Assembly (NCBI RefSeq): GCF_963921235.1
Contig: NC_086097.1
Coordinates: forward strand, 11,160,001 to 11,224,000
Source of the DNA: Mobula hypostoma
Taxonomy: Eukaryota
Direction: 5' to 3'
DNA: 64,000 bases
The translations under genes were made by a program, and so were the position numbers. Shown piece by piece: positions 1-13,059 of the stretch; positions within the stretch are counted from its first letter, which is position 1; each line of letters begins with the position of its first letter. The notes beneath the pieces are model-generated. The model was not told the origin of the DNA, did no database searches, and saw nothing but the letters and a program-made list of their open reading frames with translations.

Positions 1-88
1 AGTACAAACGTCTTACAGCCAGTGGTTGTATTTGAACCTGGGCTGCTGGGGCTCTAATAGCATTACTGTAACCTCTACTCTACTGTGA
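1..88 (-). mobile_element. V-SINE (HE1-like), 5' part, cut by window edge
   Basis: Reverse complement matches the tRNA-like head and gtaag(g)a..tttgtac body of the copy at 1607. Confidence 0.6.
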
Positions 89-149
89 CAACTTCATGAT
101 GTTCCCAACAGAACAATTAGCCATTATTATCAATCCCCTTCGGTTTGCT

Positions 150-445
150 TATTTATTTATCTACTTTTATTTAGAGATGCAGTGCAGAACAGGCCCTTCT
201 GGCCCAATGAGCCACTCGGCCCAGTAACCAACCTGTTAAACCCTAGCCCAATCTCAGGACAATATGCAACCAATTTACAATCTACTAAATGCTATTTCCT
301 TGTACTGTAGGAGGAAGCTGGAGCACCCGAAAGAAACCCATGCGATCATGGGGAGAATGTACAAACTTCTTAGAGATGACAGCTGAATTGAACTCTGAAC
401 TTCTACGCCCAAAGCTGCATTAACGACTACAATACCATGGTGCCT
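150..445 (-). mobile_element. tRNA-derived V-SINE (HE1-like)
   Basis: (TTTA)n tail, ggagcacccgaaagaaacccatgcgatcatggggagaatgtacaaac core; homologous to the other copies. Confidence 0.8.
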
Positions 446-864
446 CTTTCTATTCACCCTTAACCCTGAAAGTTACTTTCTTTCACATGTCTGCCAATTT
501 CTTTTATTTTATCCTGTATCTAAATTAAGCAGTGATTTACAGGGCCAATTAACCAATCAGAATGTCTTTGGGATGTGAGAGGAGACTAGAGGACTGGAGA
601 GAACCCCCTAACATCGAAAATAGAAAGTACTGTCACCAAACGGCAGGGATCAGCACTGGAGCCATGATGTAGCAGCACCAACGTGCCATCTCTAATCATT
701 TACAGCCTAACATGTCGTGACTTACCTAAACTTGCTGGTCTTTATTGGTTACAATGCACCAAATACTTTTTAAAGGTGTTGGGAGATTCTGCCTTCCGAG
801 CAGTGAGGCCCATGCTTCCACCAGGTTTCAATGAGATACCAACCCTCCCCCCATCAAATGTTCC

Positions 865-1045
865 TCAGACATTAACAGCAGTACTCAGGGATGACGTTCT
901 TAGAGGATTTTCCAGTGAGGCTGTACAGGTAGAACTTTAGGAACTGGAAAGGGAGTGGAACTCTAGTGATGGGATGTTATAGATTCCACCCCCCACCACC
1001 AGTCACATAGCGGAAACTTGAGGAGCTAGTGTATAAAGAATATAT
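865..1045 (+). mobile_element. CR1 LINE endonuclease-domain fragment, decayed
   Basis: Translates TAVLRDDVLRGFSSEAVQVEL...TLVMGCYR, resembling the CR1 APE segment (SEAIWVELRN..G.YYRPP). Confidence 0.6.
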
Positions 1046-1294
1046 TAGAAATCATGACCAGCCATGGCCAACAGTGTAGTCACAGTAAACTTTTCAGGCT
1101 GATAGCTCTATATCTATGCCATATTGTTCTACAACTCCAATAAGTTTAAACTACATTGTCAGTTTGTATTTATGCAAAACTGACGGACTGAAAGAATGAT
1201 CAAGGCAAAAACACTCAATACATATAAGCGTTACTAGGACATATACATGAGGGACCAGGGTCTGGGTATGACCCTGAGATTGAATGTAAAGTAA

Positions 1295-1960
1295 CACCAT
1301 AAGGCCACAAGAGATAGGAGAAGAATTAGTCTATTCAGTCCATCAATCATGACTGATTTATTTTCCCCTTCAATCCAATTTTCCCTCCATCTCACCATAA
1401 ATTTTGACACTCTTACTAATCAAGAACATTTCAAACTCTGCTTTAATTAATTTCACTGATTCATCATCCTCTAGCTAAAGGAATTCTTCCCACTTTCAGT
1501 TCTGAAAACAGCATCCTTCTGTTCTGAGATTGTGGTCTCATCTCCTCGACTTTTCCACTATTGAAAACGTCTTCTCCACGTCCACTCTTTCCAGGCTTTT
1601 CAATATGGGTGGCACGGTAGTGTAGTGTATAGCACAATGCTTAACAGTTCCAGGGACCCAGGTTCAATTCCTGTCGCTGCCTGTAAGGAGTTTGTACATT
1701 CTTCCCGTGACTGCGTGGGTTTCCTCTGGGTGCTCCGGTTTCTTCCCACAGTCCAAAGAGGTACTGGTTGATAGGTTAATTGCTCATTGTAAATTGTCCA
1801 GTGATTAGTATAGGACTAAATCAGGGGATTGTTGTGTGGCATGGCTAGGAAGGCCTATTCTGTGCCGCACCTAAATAAATAAACAAACAAACAAATAAAT
1901 ACAGTAGGTTTCAATGTGATGCCTCTTCATTCTTCTAAACTCCAACAAGTACAGTCCCAA
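1295..1960 (-). mobile_element. CR1 LINE 3' end, interrupted by a SINE at 1607-1897
   Basis: accataag..acaagagataggagaagaattag tail; CR1 sequence resumes after the SINE (gtaggtttcaatg..cctcttcattcttctaaactcc). Confidence 0.75.
1607..1897 (+). mobile_element. Full-length tRNA-derived V-SINE (HE1-like)
   Basis: A-box-like TGGCACGGTAG, B-box GGTTCAATTCC, V-domain-like aggttaattgctcattgtaaattgtcc, CR1-like 3' end, (AAAT/AAAC)n tail. Confidence 0.9.
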
Positions 1961-2229
1961 TAGACTGTAGACATGAGGGCATTTCCCAATATCCACCTGC
2001 CCTTTCCTCTTACTCCTTTTGGGAAGCAATTCTCGGGGGAGCGAATGGGGCTGCTAAATTGAAATACCTTATGACTGAACACAACGCCTTTAGGCTATTG
2101 AAACTATCCACAAAACTCAGTAAAAAAAAATCTCCGTAAGCAAACTGTCTCAGTGTGAAGTGAAATCCATAACTTTAACTCTGCATGATTTGCACTTTAC
2201 ACTATTGAGACGCAAACAAGCGAACATGT

Positions 2230-3012
2230 CTCATGAGGAAAGTTTGAGCGGAGCAGGGCCTATCAGTTTGGAGAGAAGGAAGTTGACAGGTGACTTGATA
2301 GAGGTGTAAAAGGTAATAAAAAGCATTGATAAAGTGCACAGCCAGTGCTTTTTCCCCGAGGCAGAAATGACTATTAGTTGTATACCGTATACAACCTTGA
2401 GATTCTTCTTCTTGCAGGCGGTCACAAAACAAAGACACACAATAGAATCCATGAAAAAACACACACAGCAAAAGACTGACAAACAGCTAATGTGTAGAAA
2501 AAGAACAAATGATGTAAATAATGAAATAATAAATAATAATACATAGAACATGAACTGCAGAATCCCCGAAGACGAGTCCACAGGCTGTGGAGTTAGTTCA
2601 GCGCTGAGCCGGGTGAAGCAGGTCCAGGGCATCCTGGACGCACATGACCCAGGACTCCTGCGCCTCCCACCCACTGCTAGTAGCAAGAAGAGAGGGAGAC
2701 AGGTGAAATGCGGGCAGAGAGAACATAAGAGATAAGATGAAAAGAGAACATTTTAAGGTAGTAAGAGGGAAGTATACAGTAGGAGGTTGCCAGAGGTAGT
2801 TATTTTACACAGAGATTGGTTGATACGTGGAACACGCTGCCAGGGGTCGTGGTAGAGTTAGATACGTTAGAGACTTTTAAAAAAGGCGCATGGATGAAAG
2901 GGAAATAGAGGGCTATGTGAGAGGGAAGGGACAGATTGATCGGAGTAGGTTATGTAGTTGGTGCAACATTGTGGGCTGTAGGGCCTGTATTGTGCAGCAC
3001 TTTTCTATGTTC
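2230..3012 (+). mobile_element. CR1 LINE 3' fragment with an internal opposite-strand insert (~2375-2735)
   Basis: ggtgacttgatagaggtgtaaaag, ttttacacagagattggt..tggaacacgctgccagg and gggcctgtattgtgc CR1 3' motifs. Confidence 0.75.
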
Positions 3013-4377
3013 AGAGTTCTTTTAAACATCACAATGTGCAACTCAGCCCACCATTGCACTAGTGCATACTGACAATTATTTTCTGACAAAACATTTTCTG
3101 TCTGCATCAGCTTGTTTGTCTCCTGTGATGTATTTATAGTTCTCCAGGTATCTCCCTATTTCTTGCAAGTTTTATTCCCCCTGCTCTGCTTGTCTTTCCT
3201 GCCTTTCCCTGCTCCCTGCAGTTCCTCAGTCTGCTTTCTCTTTGACTCAGCTTCTTGTTTGAAACAGTGGGAGCCTATGAACACACACTGAGGCCTCAAG
3301 CTCCACTGTCAAACTTTGTCGGATGAATAGGTACATGGATGGTAGGGGTATGGAAGGCTATGGTCCCAGTGCAGGTTGATGGGAGTAGGCAGTTTAAATG
3401 GTTTGGCATGGACTAGATGGGCCACAGGGCCTGTTTCGGTGCTGTACTTTTCTATGACTCTATGACTCTAATTGTTTTGGTAGCCAAGAGTAACTTGCTG
3501 GTCCAAGAGGCCATTAGATTAACATGGAACGTACATCATGGGAACAAACCCTTCAGCCCATTGTGTGCGTGTTGACCATGATGCCAAATTGAACTAATCC
3601 CTTCTGTCTATATGGTCTTTATCCCTTCGTTCCCTGTCTCTTTATGTATCTGTAAAGTGCAATTATTGTATCTGTTTTCACCATCTTCTCTGGAACTGCA
3701 TTCTAATGACTTGCCTCTCTAACAATCAGAATCAGATTCACTTCATTGCCAATATGTGAAACACACTGGAACTGATTGTGGTTCTGAAGCAAGCTTAAAA
3801 CACAGGAAAATACCATAACAGACAACACAATAGCAACCAACAATTTACAAGACAGCAGTGCAGACAGCCTTGAAAAATCAACAATTAGCAGAATGGTCAC
3901 ATGCGCAAACATCAATAATCAAACTTAAATAAAAGTGAGCATATGGACAGGCTCAATAATTATCAACAGAACAAGAGCAGGAAAGACCACTTAATGAATG
4001 TTGTGCAGGGATGTTAGGGTATTACACCTGAGTAAGTTTTGTTGAGAAGCTGTGTAGCTAGATGAAAGAAACTTCGGAGATGATGTGTAATCCTGGTGGT
4101 GTGGTGAACTTGTAACATCTCCCTGATAGCAATTTGGTGAAAAGGTGACTGCTAGGGTGGGTGGAGGCAGCAGTAATTTTTTCAGCTCTTTTCTTCTCTC
4201 TGACAATGATCAGGTCTTTTAATGTCAGAGACAGACAGCCTCTAGGTTAAAAAAATCTTCCCTTGCACCCTTTCCAAGGCCTACACATCTCTTCTGTGAT
4301 ATGGTGCTCAAAAATGCACAACGACTCCAAAGTTTGCCTAGCAAAGTTCTGCACAGCTGTAATATAACTTGCTGACT

Positions 4378-4622
4378 TATTTATTTATTTATTGTGATGC
4401 AATGCAGAACAGGCCCTTCTGACCCTTTGAGCTGCACCACACAGCAATCCCCTGATTTAACGCTAGTCTAATCACTGGACAATATACAATGACTAATTAA
4501 CCCACCAACCAGCATATCTTTGGACTGCAGGAGGAAACCGGAGCACCCAGACGAAACCCAGGTGGTCGCAGGGAGAATGTACAAACTCCTTACAGGCAGC
4601 GATGAGAAATGAACCCAGGTTG
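4378..4622 (-). mobile_element. V-SINE (HE1-like), 5'-truncated
   Basis: (TTTA)n tail, gaggaaaccggagcacccagacgaaacc core. Confidence 0.85.
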
Positions 4623-4778
4623 TTGGAATAACTTTTATACTCAGTGTCTCGACCAATGGAGCAAAGCAAGCCTTACACCTTCCTTACCAACTTAACCATT
4701 TGTGTTGCCACTTTTGGGGAGCTATGGTCTTGCACCCATGATCTCTCTGTACATTCCTCCTGAGGATGCTACCATTTA

Positions 4779-5413
4779 GATTAGATTAGATTATGAGGAC
4801 ACGCAGTCCTCTTTTATTGTCATTTAGTAATGCATGTGTTAAGAAATGATACAATATTCCTCCGGTGTGATATCACAAAAAAACACAGGACAGACCAAGA
4901 CTGAAAAACTAACAAAAACCACATAGTTATAACATATAGTTACAACAGTGCAACAATACCATAACTTGATGAAGAACAGGTTGTGAGCACAGTAAAAAAA
5001 GTTCAAAGTCTCTCGAAAGTCCCACATCTCACGCAGACCGGAGAAGGAAGAAAACTCTCCCTGCCATGCCCGACCACAGTCTGACTCTGAGTCGTCCGAA
5101 AACTTCGAGCTCCGATCAGCCCTCCGACACTGAGTACCGAGCACCATCTCTGCCAAACGCTTCGACCTCAGCCTCGGTCGCCAGCAGCAGGCAAAGCCGG
5201 GAATTTTTGGGGCCTTCCCTCCGGAGATTCTCGATCACACAGTAGCAGCGGCAGCGAACTGGGCATTTCAGAAATTCCTCCAGATGTTCCTCTGTGCCTT
5301 CTCACGTCTGTCTCCATCAAATCAGAATTGTGCACGGCATCCTACTTACAAATACGATATCATTTCACTAGAGAGCTGCGCGTGCTGCGTTGCGTCGCCA
5401 TCTTCTCCTCCCG
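4779..5413 (-). mobile_element. Non-autonomous retroelement, GGAGGAGAAGATGGCG head and (TAATC)n tail (copy 1)
   Basis: Homologous to 36052-36650 and 51101-51778; flanked by CCATTTA direct repeat (4772-4778 / 5414-5420). Confidence 0.8.
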
Positions 5414-5604
5414 CCATTTACTGTGTAAATTTCACTTGCATTTTACCTTCCAAAGTGCAACACCTCGCACTTGTATGGATTAAACTTCTGCCATTTCCCT
5501 GCCTATATTCCAATGGATCTATGACCTACTGACAAACTTCCCCACAATCCACATAACCAATAAATTTTGTGTCATCTGCAAATTTACTGATCAGCTCACC
5601 TGCA

Positions 5605-6010
5605 TCAGAATCGGGCTTAATATCACCGGCATATATCGTGAAATTTGTTCCGTGTGGGAGCAGTACATTGCAATACATAATAATAATTACTTTTTGTAAA
5701 TTACAATAAGAAATCTATTTTAAAAATAAATTAAATAAGTAGTGCAGAAAGAAAGCAACTAGAAGGAAAATAAAAATAAGACAGTGTCCATTTAGAAATA
5801 TGATAGCAGGGGGAAGAAGTTGTTCCTAAAACATTGAGTGTGAGTCTTCAGGGTCCTGTACCTCCTCCTTGTTGGTAGCAAAGAGAAACAGGGATGTAGT
5901 AGTAGGCAAGTTTCAGTCGTTCCAGCTCCTTGGTTAGGCAGAAGTTGATTCTGGTCATGATCAATATCGCAGAGCACTTCATCACAATGGCTGTGAGTGC
6001 AAATGGGTGA
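5605..6010 (-). mobile_element. Rex1/Babar-type LINE 3' fragment
   Basis: Minus ORF ends FSLLPTRRRYRTLKTHTQCFRNNFFP; atcagaatc tail. Confidence 0.75.
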
Positions 6011-7589
6011 TCGTTGTTGAGGCAGCTCACCCTGCTTTTCACGTGCACCCGTATGATCGTCATCATTCACAGAGTTCCCAGCCTGATCCCTGTGGAACAC
6101 TATGGTCACAGGCATCCAGCCCGAAGAGCACCCCTTCACCACTACTACCTCTGTCTTCTACGGTCAAGCCATTTTTGAACCTAATCTATCTAGTCACAAT
6201 GAATTTTATGTGTCTTAATCTTCTGGCACAAGGAACCTTGACAAATGCTTTACTGAAGGCCATGTCACCATCCTCCCCTCATTAATCATCTTTGTCTCCA
6301 CATCAAAAGATGTGACCTGGTTTGACATTACCTCAAAAAAGCTGAGGTTAGCAGTTGTCCCAGGCCGCTGCCGCTGGCCCAAAGAGCTAAAACTGGTTTA
6401 ATGAGTTTAAGCTTGACTCAGGATTAATGAGCAGCTCCAGGAAATTGAAGAAACCCTAGGAACATCATGTAGGCTCAAGAGGGCGGATGCAGGCCTAGAC
6501 CCTGGAAATCAAAAGCAGGCCCAACAAAACCACATTCAAGATAAGGAGATCAAAGTTCAAGGGTGTCAAGAGCACCTTCAGAGATCTATGACTAAGCCCA
6601 AGGATCCAGAAGGAGGCCCAGGGGTCTATAAACAGGCCTACAGAGAAAAATGTAGTTGCAGAGAATATAATGGAATAGAGGCACAGTAGATATGGCCTTC
6701 TCCATGTGACAACTCAAAAAGAAGTGCAACAGCAGCAAATGCCAGTTTGCAACAACTTTGCTGCTCTCCCCAGGGAAGGCCTGCAGAGTATCTTCCTGAA
6801 ATGTAGCTATCTATACAAATTCACCTCTATCAGTATAAACTTCATAATGCTATGCAAGCTATGAAACTAACCAATGAAGCCAATCTCAACAAGTCTACTT
6901 CATTACCCAACACTTTTCCAAACTTTTTCACTTCTACCATCTCAAAATTTCCAGTGAGAGGGTACCTCACTTCCAACTAACTTCCAGTGAGAAAGGAGCT
7001 ATTTGTCAGGATGTAGATGCTATGGTTAGTATGCTCTAGAACCACGGTCTCCTGAACATCAAGATCAAGTTCAATTGTCATTCAACCATACACATACATA
7101 GAGCTAAACAAAACAGCGTTTCTCTGTGACCAAGGGGCAAAACACAGTACACGCAGTCACACACAGCACCTATAGTTATATTAGCAGAAAAAGTACAGTC
7201 ACAAAAAAATTTAGCCCAAGTCCCTGATTGGCATGGCCTGAAGATTGACGGTGTCCTGAGTCATGTTTCTGCAAGAACAAGCACACAGGCGTTCTTCATC
7301 ATGCACTAGTGTAGCCGCAGATGAACACAATCCACCTAGCTGCACCAATGGGAGCAGTGTGAGGATGATGGATGTATTTGGGGACACCCAGAGGCCATGA
7401 CCAAGCCATTATGATGTCATTAACTGAAGCATATAACAGTTTGGACCGTCTACCCAACAACTTCTGCCAACCTGGGAGCCAACTCGGAGTGAAGGCAGAC
7501 ACCACTGATGGAATTCACCACCACCATCAATCCACCAGGACGACCATTGGTGAAATGAGGTAAAATGTAGAACAAGACCTGGCATAAAG

Positions 7590-8025
7590 CTCATAGAGTC
7601 ATCAAGTCGTACAGCATGGAAAAAGACCATTTGGGACATCTCATCCATACTGACCAAGATGCTCATCTAAGCTATTCCCACTTGCCCGCATTGGCCCACA
7701 CCCCTCTAAACCATGGGTCCCCAACCGTTTTTACGTCACATTCCCCTCCCATTAACCGAGGGGTCCATGGATCCCAGTTTGGGAACATTTGTTATCCATG
7801 TACCTGTGCAGATATCTTTAAAATGTCATTATTTCACCTGCTTCTGGCAGCTTGTTCCAGATATGTACCTGCCTCATCATGAAGAAGTTACCTCTCAGGT
7901 CTCTTTTAAATCTTTCCCCTCTCACTTTAATCTTGTGCCATCTAGTTTCTGATTTTTTGGGAAAAGAGAAAACTGCGTGTGTTCAATTTATCGATATTCT
8001 TCATATATGTATACATCTCTATAAT
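7590..8025 (-). mobile_element. CR1 3' fragment containing a hAT MITE
   Basis: catagagtcat tail; gaagaagttacctctcaggtctcttttaaatctttcccctctcac CR1 motif. Confidence 0.7.
7712..7790. mobile_element. ~80-bp hAT/Charlie-type MITE, degenerate
   Basis: Homologous to 47293-47373; CA.GGG.CCCCAACC end preceded by ctctaaac. Confidence 0.6.
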
Positions 8026-8231
8026 GCCACCCTCATGACGCAATGGGCAGCAATTGCCCTCAATGCTTCTGAGACTTGGACTACCTGCAGCAGAGATTTC
8101 AAGGCACTAGGAAAACTCCATCCATGATCGCTTCACAAAATCATTCAAACCCACTGGGAGAAGGAGCAAACTAATGTCATTACCTTCTTCAAGGTCCACA
8201 TCCTCAGGGCCCTAGTTATTTGCATCAGCTA

Positions 8232-9185
8232 TGGCGCATTGGCCTTCATATATCACAAGATCTGGGATGTTATGTTGAAATTTGGAGTATTGTGTGCAGT
8301 TCTGGTCGCCTACCTACAGGAAAGATGTCAATAAGCTTGAAAGAGTGCAGAGAAAATTTGCAAGGATTTTGCTGGGACTTCAGGAACTGAGTTACAGGGA
8401 AAGGCTGAATAGGATAGGACTTTATTCCTTGGAGTGCAGGAAAATGACGGAGATCTTCTAGAGGTAAACAAAATTATGATGGGTATCGATCTTTCGTTAT
8501 CTGCTGTGTTGTATGATTTGGGCGATCGTGATCTTTCAATTACCATGATTTTCTTAGCAAATTTTTCTGCGGAAGTGATTTGCCATTGTCTTCTTCTGGG
8601 CAGTGTCTTTACGAGACAGGTGATTCCAGCCATTATCAATACAATTCAGACATTGTCTGCCTGGTGTCAGTGGTCGCATAACCAGGACTTGTGATCTGCA
8701 CCAGCTGCTCATACGACCATCCACCACCTGCTCCCAGGACTTCATGTGACTCTGATCGGGGGCTAAGCAGGTGCTACACCTGTCCCAAGGGTAGCTACAC
8801 CTTGCACTGCAGTCTAGTAGAAGAATGGAGCACCTTACACCTCCTTTGGTAGAGATGTATCTCCACCTGTATGAAGGGTATAGATAGGGTACATGCAAGC
8901 AGGCTTTTTCTAGTCAGGTTGGGTGAGACTGGGTCTAGAGGTCATAGGTTTAGAGTAAAAGGTGAAAAGGTTAAGGGGAATCTGAGGGAGAACTTCTCTC
9001 AGTGTATGGTGCAAGTGTGGAACAAGCTGCCAGCAGAAGTGGTAATTGTAATGTTTAAGAGAAGTATATGGATAAGAGAGGTATGGAGGGCTATGGTCTT
9101 GGTGCAAGTAGATGGGAGAAGACCAGGCTGGTATGGACTAGATGGGCTGAAGGTCCTGTTTCTGTACTATAGTGCTCTATGACTT
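8232..9185 (+). mobile_element. CR1 LINE 3' part, interrupted at 8491-8869
   Basis: LEYCVQFWSP and GIDRV..RLF..GSRGHRFRVKGEK..ENFSQ..WNKLP motifs; ctatgact tail. Confidence 0.85.
8491..8869 (-). mobile_element. ~370-bp RTE(BovB)-type SINE (copy 1)
   Basis: Homologous to 42192, 52337 and 54621; 16-bp imperfect TSD tatgatgggtatcgat (8475-8490) / tatgaagggtatagat (8870-8885). Confidence 0.85.
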
Positions 9186-9383
9186 TAGGACTTTATGTTA
9201 GACAGACATATATCATTTGCATACCTAACACCAGACTCCTGAAAGAGACTCTATTCCAAGATTTGTCATGAGAAGAGATAACTTTGTACAGACACAGGAA
9301 AAGATTCAAGGGTCTCCACAAATATGTGCAATATCCCCACCTAATCCTGAGAATCTTTGGCTCATAACCATTCGGAGTGGAGA

Positions 9384-9550
9384 AGACACACATGTAAAAT
9401 GCTGGAGGAACTCAGCATGTTAAGCAGCATCTGTGGAAATGAGTAAACAGTCACCGTTTTGGGCCGAGACCCTTCTTCAGGACTGGAAGGGAAGGGCGAA
9501 GAAGACAGAATAAAAAGATGGGAGAAGGGGATGGAGGAATAGCTAGAAGG
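9384..9550 (-). mobile_element. Penelope-derived terminal fragment with decayed hammerhead motif (9448-9485)
   Basis: aaaatgctggaggaactcagc...cagtcaccgttttgggccgagacccttcttcaggactg; homologous to the Penelope terminus at 23124 and 55144. Confidence 0.75.
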
Positions 9551-11253
9551 AACATTTGTGATAGTGTGAGAGTGTCGACTCCATGGGGCAGGATCATACA
9601 AGAGCCCAGAAGGAGTACAACACTTAATAAAATGCATGCCCACCCCACCAGATAATCCTGCTTCATCTGTGAAGAGTCTCTATTTCCCACATTGATTTCT
9701 GTCTCAGAACCCACAAAACCATGTGAAACCTTGTCATCCTCGATCCCAAAGATGGAGCGAGTCCAGGGAGTTTTAAACTGACATCACTATCTTGATCAGT
9801 TATTAGAGTACCTTCGAACATTTTGTGTAAATACCCATGAAAAGAATCGTTTGCTGTAATTGCCGTTCTGATTCAGACCTTATCTCCCTGGCTTTCTAAT
9901 TCTTTATATGGCATATTTTTTAAAAAATTGATTAGAAATTTAAAATAGTATTTAACATTTATGGTTCTGTGAATGGAACTCAAGATCCAAAGCCAATAAT
10001 AAATTTGGAGTGTGAGTCTTTTCACAAAGTCTCATCATTTATTTCAGACAATGGTGGGTGCACTACGCCTCACCCTGAAAGAACAGGCACCATGCCCTTT
10101 AATCAAGGGCTAGGATTATCCCTCAATGGTGACAATGCAATGAGCCGCTCACGATTTTCAATCAATACCATTTCATTTCTGCCCATCATTAAATACTGTT
10201 TCCCTGTAACCAGGACTATAATAGAATTTATATATAAAAACATAATTGATAGTGCAGGATGAAAAGCTATTACTGTGGTTAATTTTAGGATTTAGATGCC
10301 AACCATTAACCACTTGAGCTTTTGCCCTCCCTGCTTCATGGTTATATCTGAATCTCTAACTGAAGTTACACTGGTGAATCATGAAAAACGGTAGAACTTG
10401 GTTTTATATAATGTCACATCATGTCCTCCGCCTGTCCCAATGTTTTCTCCAACTAATGGGTTACATTTGATGTTCCCTCGCTGTCATTACGCACGCATAA
10501 CTCTACATATCATGACTACTAATACAACTGGAAGAGTTAAGGTAACCCTTTCACCTGCAGAATAAAATAATTCATCCCTGCACCAGAATTTTAAAAGGGA
10601 ACTTTTCAGCACGAAGTATTTTAGTTAACAGAATAATTGCTGAGTCTTTTCTAACATTGCTGAAAAGCAGGAAGAGCTTGAGGGGGTTTGTCCGTGACCG
10701 GAGCGTGCTTTGATTGCAGTTCAGACTATCTAAACCATGCAGGCAGCTGCCTCTGCTCCAGACAACGGTCGCTTCTGGCACCTTGCCATGGGCATGTATT
10801 CTCTTTGTTTGCCAGGCTACTGAGCCTAATAGAGATCAAACCAGGGGCTTCTCTCCAATGTGGCAGCCTCCTCCGAAGGCAGTGCTCAGGGATTTAGATA
10901 TCGCATTTTGCATGTGGGCACAGAGGTGTTGTTGCTGATGCCCATCTGGGTCCAGAGCAGCGTAAATATTTTCACTCAGGAGAGAGGGGAAGGCCATTGT
11001 CGATATCTTTCCTTCTGTGTAAAAAAAGATTGTATAAACTCTACTGATCCAGAGAGAAGAAAAACATGTATTCACAACCAGCAGGGTAAACTTACTATTT
11101 GCTAACCTTTCCTTAAAATTATAATTATTACCCTTTCAAGCAAATATTTAATCATTTGATCATTTAGAATAAATAACAGTCAAAAAAAGATGGGGGGATT
11201 TCACATTATCCTTTGAGGGAACTGACACTACTTTGTAATCATTTCTTCATCAC

Positions 11254-11388
11254 AAACACAAGAAAATCTGCAGATGCTGGAATCTAAAGTAACAGAAACA
11301 AAATGCTGGAGGAACTCAGCAGGTCAGGCAGCATCTATGGAAAAGAGTAAACAGTCGACATTCCGGGCCGAGATTCTTCTTCAGGGCC
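11254..11388 (-). mobile_element. Penelope-derived terminal fragment
   Basis: ctgcagatgctgg..caaaatgctggaggaactcagc..cagtcgacattccgggccgaga. Confidence 0.75.
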
Positions 11389-12214
11389 TTCCCCTCCACT
11401 CTGATTTTTTTATATCAGCACTCTCTCTAAAACAGAATACATTGCTTCCTTTCTCCAGATTCAGACCAGAGATGGATCGGACTGAGATCAAAGCCAGACC
11501 AAACCCAGACCAGAGCAAGTCGCTGACCTCATTAGCATTCCCCTGATCAAACCTCAATCCCTACTTCTATCAAGTCCCTTCAAAGCGTGACCCTTGCCAC
11601 CACTTCCCACCTCCCCTTCACTGACATAAATTCACCATGAGGGAAGATTCTGTAACAAATGAGTAACTTAAGCACCTGAAGCATTTTGACAAGTTTAGAA
11701 GAAAATTGACAATGAAGTAAGAATGAAAAATGATTCTAGCCTTGAAATATCATCCTACTGTCTTTCACCTCTGATGTAGTCCTCATCGAGTTGAACTAAC
11801 AGACCACTCGCCATATCCTATGTTGGGCTTCTAAGCATTGGTTTGAGCAGACATTTCTTTGTCCCAGGCATTCTTGTCCATTTGACATTTTCTGAACTCA
11901 CAGAATGTCAGTGTTTGAAGGGTTGCTGGGTTTATTTTCAATAGAAAGAAGTGAATCTATAATTTGTCTTAGCAACTAGCCTGTCATACCATTGTCTTTT
12001 TGGAGGCCATTGGCCAAGGGTTTGGCTGCCGTAGGTTTAGTCAGTACATTGAAATTGACCGCCCCCACGGGGACTGCAGACAACCCATGCAGTATTGTGG
12101 TCAAGATTTCAGTCAGAGGAAAAGACACAAAGCCTAATTTTTGTTGGAGAGTGCAGTTTCCAGATTGACTCTATGTTGTATGGTGACATTTATAGTTTGT
12201 TAGTTTGTTATTGT

Positions 12215-12635
12215 TATAGAAATAGAACAGTACAGCACAGGAATAGGTCCTTCAGCCCTTAATGTTATGCTAAACCAGTTTAATTAGTAATCAAATGGCC
12301 AACTAAACTAATCCCCTCTGTCTACACAATGTCCATATCCTTCCATTTTCCTCTCAATCATGTGCCTTTCAAAGCATCTCTTATAAAATCCCTAATGTAC
12401 AGTATCCGCTCTACCACCATGCCAGGCACCCAGCCAAGTGTAAAAACACTTGCCTCTCACATCTCCTTTGAGCCTACCCGCTCTCACCTTAAATTCATGC
12501 CCTCTGGTATTGGACATTTCAGCCCTGGAAAATAAATACTATCTATCTATGTCTCTCATAACCTTATGAACTTCTATCAGATCTCCCCTCAGCCTCTGGC
12601 ACCCCAGAGAAAACAACCTAAGTCTGTCCAATCCC
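12215..12635 (-). mobile_element. CR1 3' fragment
   Basis: atagaacagtacagcacagg tail and cagatctcccctcagcctc motif. Confidence 0.7.
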
Positions 12636-12645
12636 TCAGGAGAAC

Positions 12646-13018
12646 ACCCTCCAGGAGGATCACAGTCTTGTGGTTTGGAGATCTGCATGCCTCAATGACC
12701 CAGAGGAGCTTTATGCTTTGGCTCCTGGTTGGGTCACCCATGCCAGACAGGCCAGACTAAGAGAAGTCCACCAGTCCACCGGGTTCAGGGGTTCAGCTCA
12801 GGGCTAACAACCCTGACTGGTCAAACAAAACTGTTACAGAAACAGCAGTGAAGAATCCTTCTACATCTGTGTGCAATGGTGTTCCTGAGTCTCCACCTGG
12901 AACTTGCATGACTAACTGAGAGGAAGCTGCTGGCACAATGAAGGAAGCCCTGAACACCAACAAGGAGATGGAGGACCTTCATTGGTGCTCTAAATCCCAG
13001 CAGATGTAATGGGCAGTA
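12646..13018 (+). mobile_element. Bipartite non-autonomous RTE (Rex3/Expander-like 5' UTR plus short 3' end), copy 1
   Basis: gcctcaatgacccag..gggtcacccatgcc..ggccagactaagag resembles the Expander 5' UTR; homologues at 38480 and 54104. Confidence 0.65.
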
Positions 13019-13059
13019 TGTTGTTATAGCACGTGCCTTTTATCTTGTTTTGTCATGTG

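Larger units (their letters stand above)
4270..5605 (-). mobile_element. CR1 RT fragment split by two younger insertions
   Basis: gtcatctgcaaattt (FADD, minus strand) at ~5570; ccaaagtgcaacacctc (KCEVLHF-like); sequence is continuous across the inserts. Confidence 0.7.

Noticed and set aside
1607..1680. tRNA genes at SINE heads (also ~21520-21590, 21805 and others)
   Set aside because: The A/B boxes run on into SINE bodies and tails; no complete cloverleaf is evident.
2231..2686. 151-aa hydrophobic ORF as a membrane protein
   Set aside because: Lies wholly within CR1 and LINE 3' UTR repeats; the hydrophobicity comes from a T-rich strand.
10688..11105. Cluster of overlapping 69-81-aa ORFs in unique sequence as host exons
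   Set aside because: No recognisable domain and no consistent acceptor-donor pair; left unassigned.
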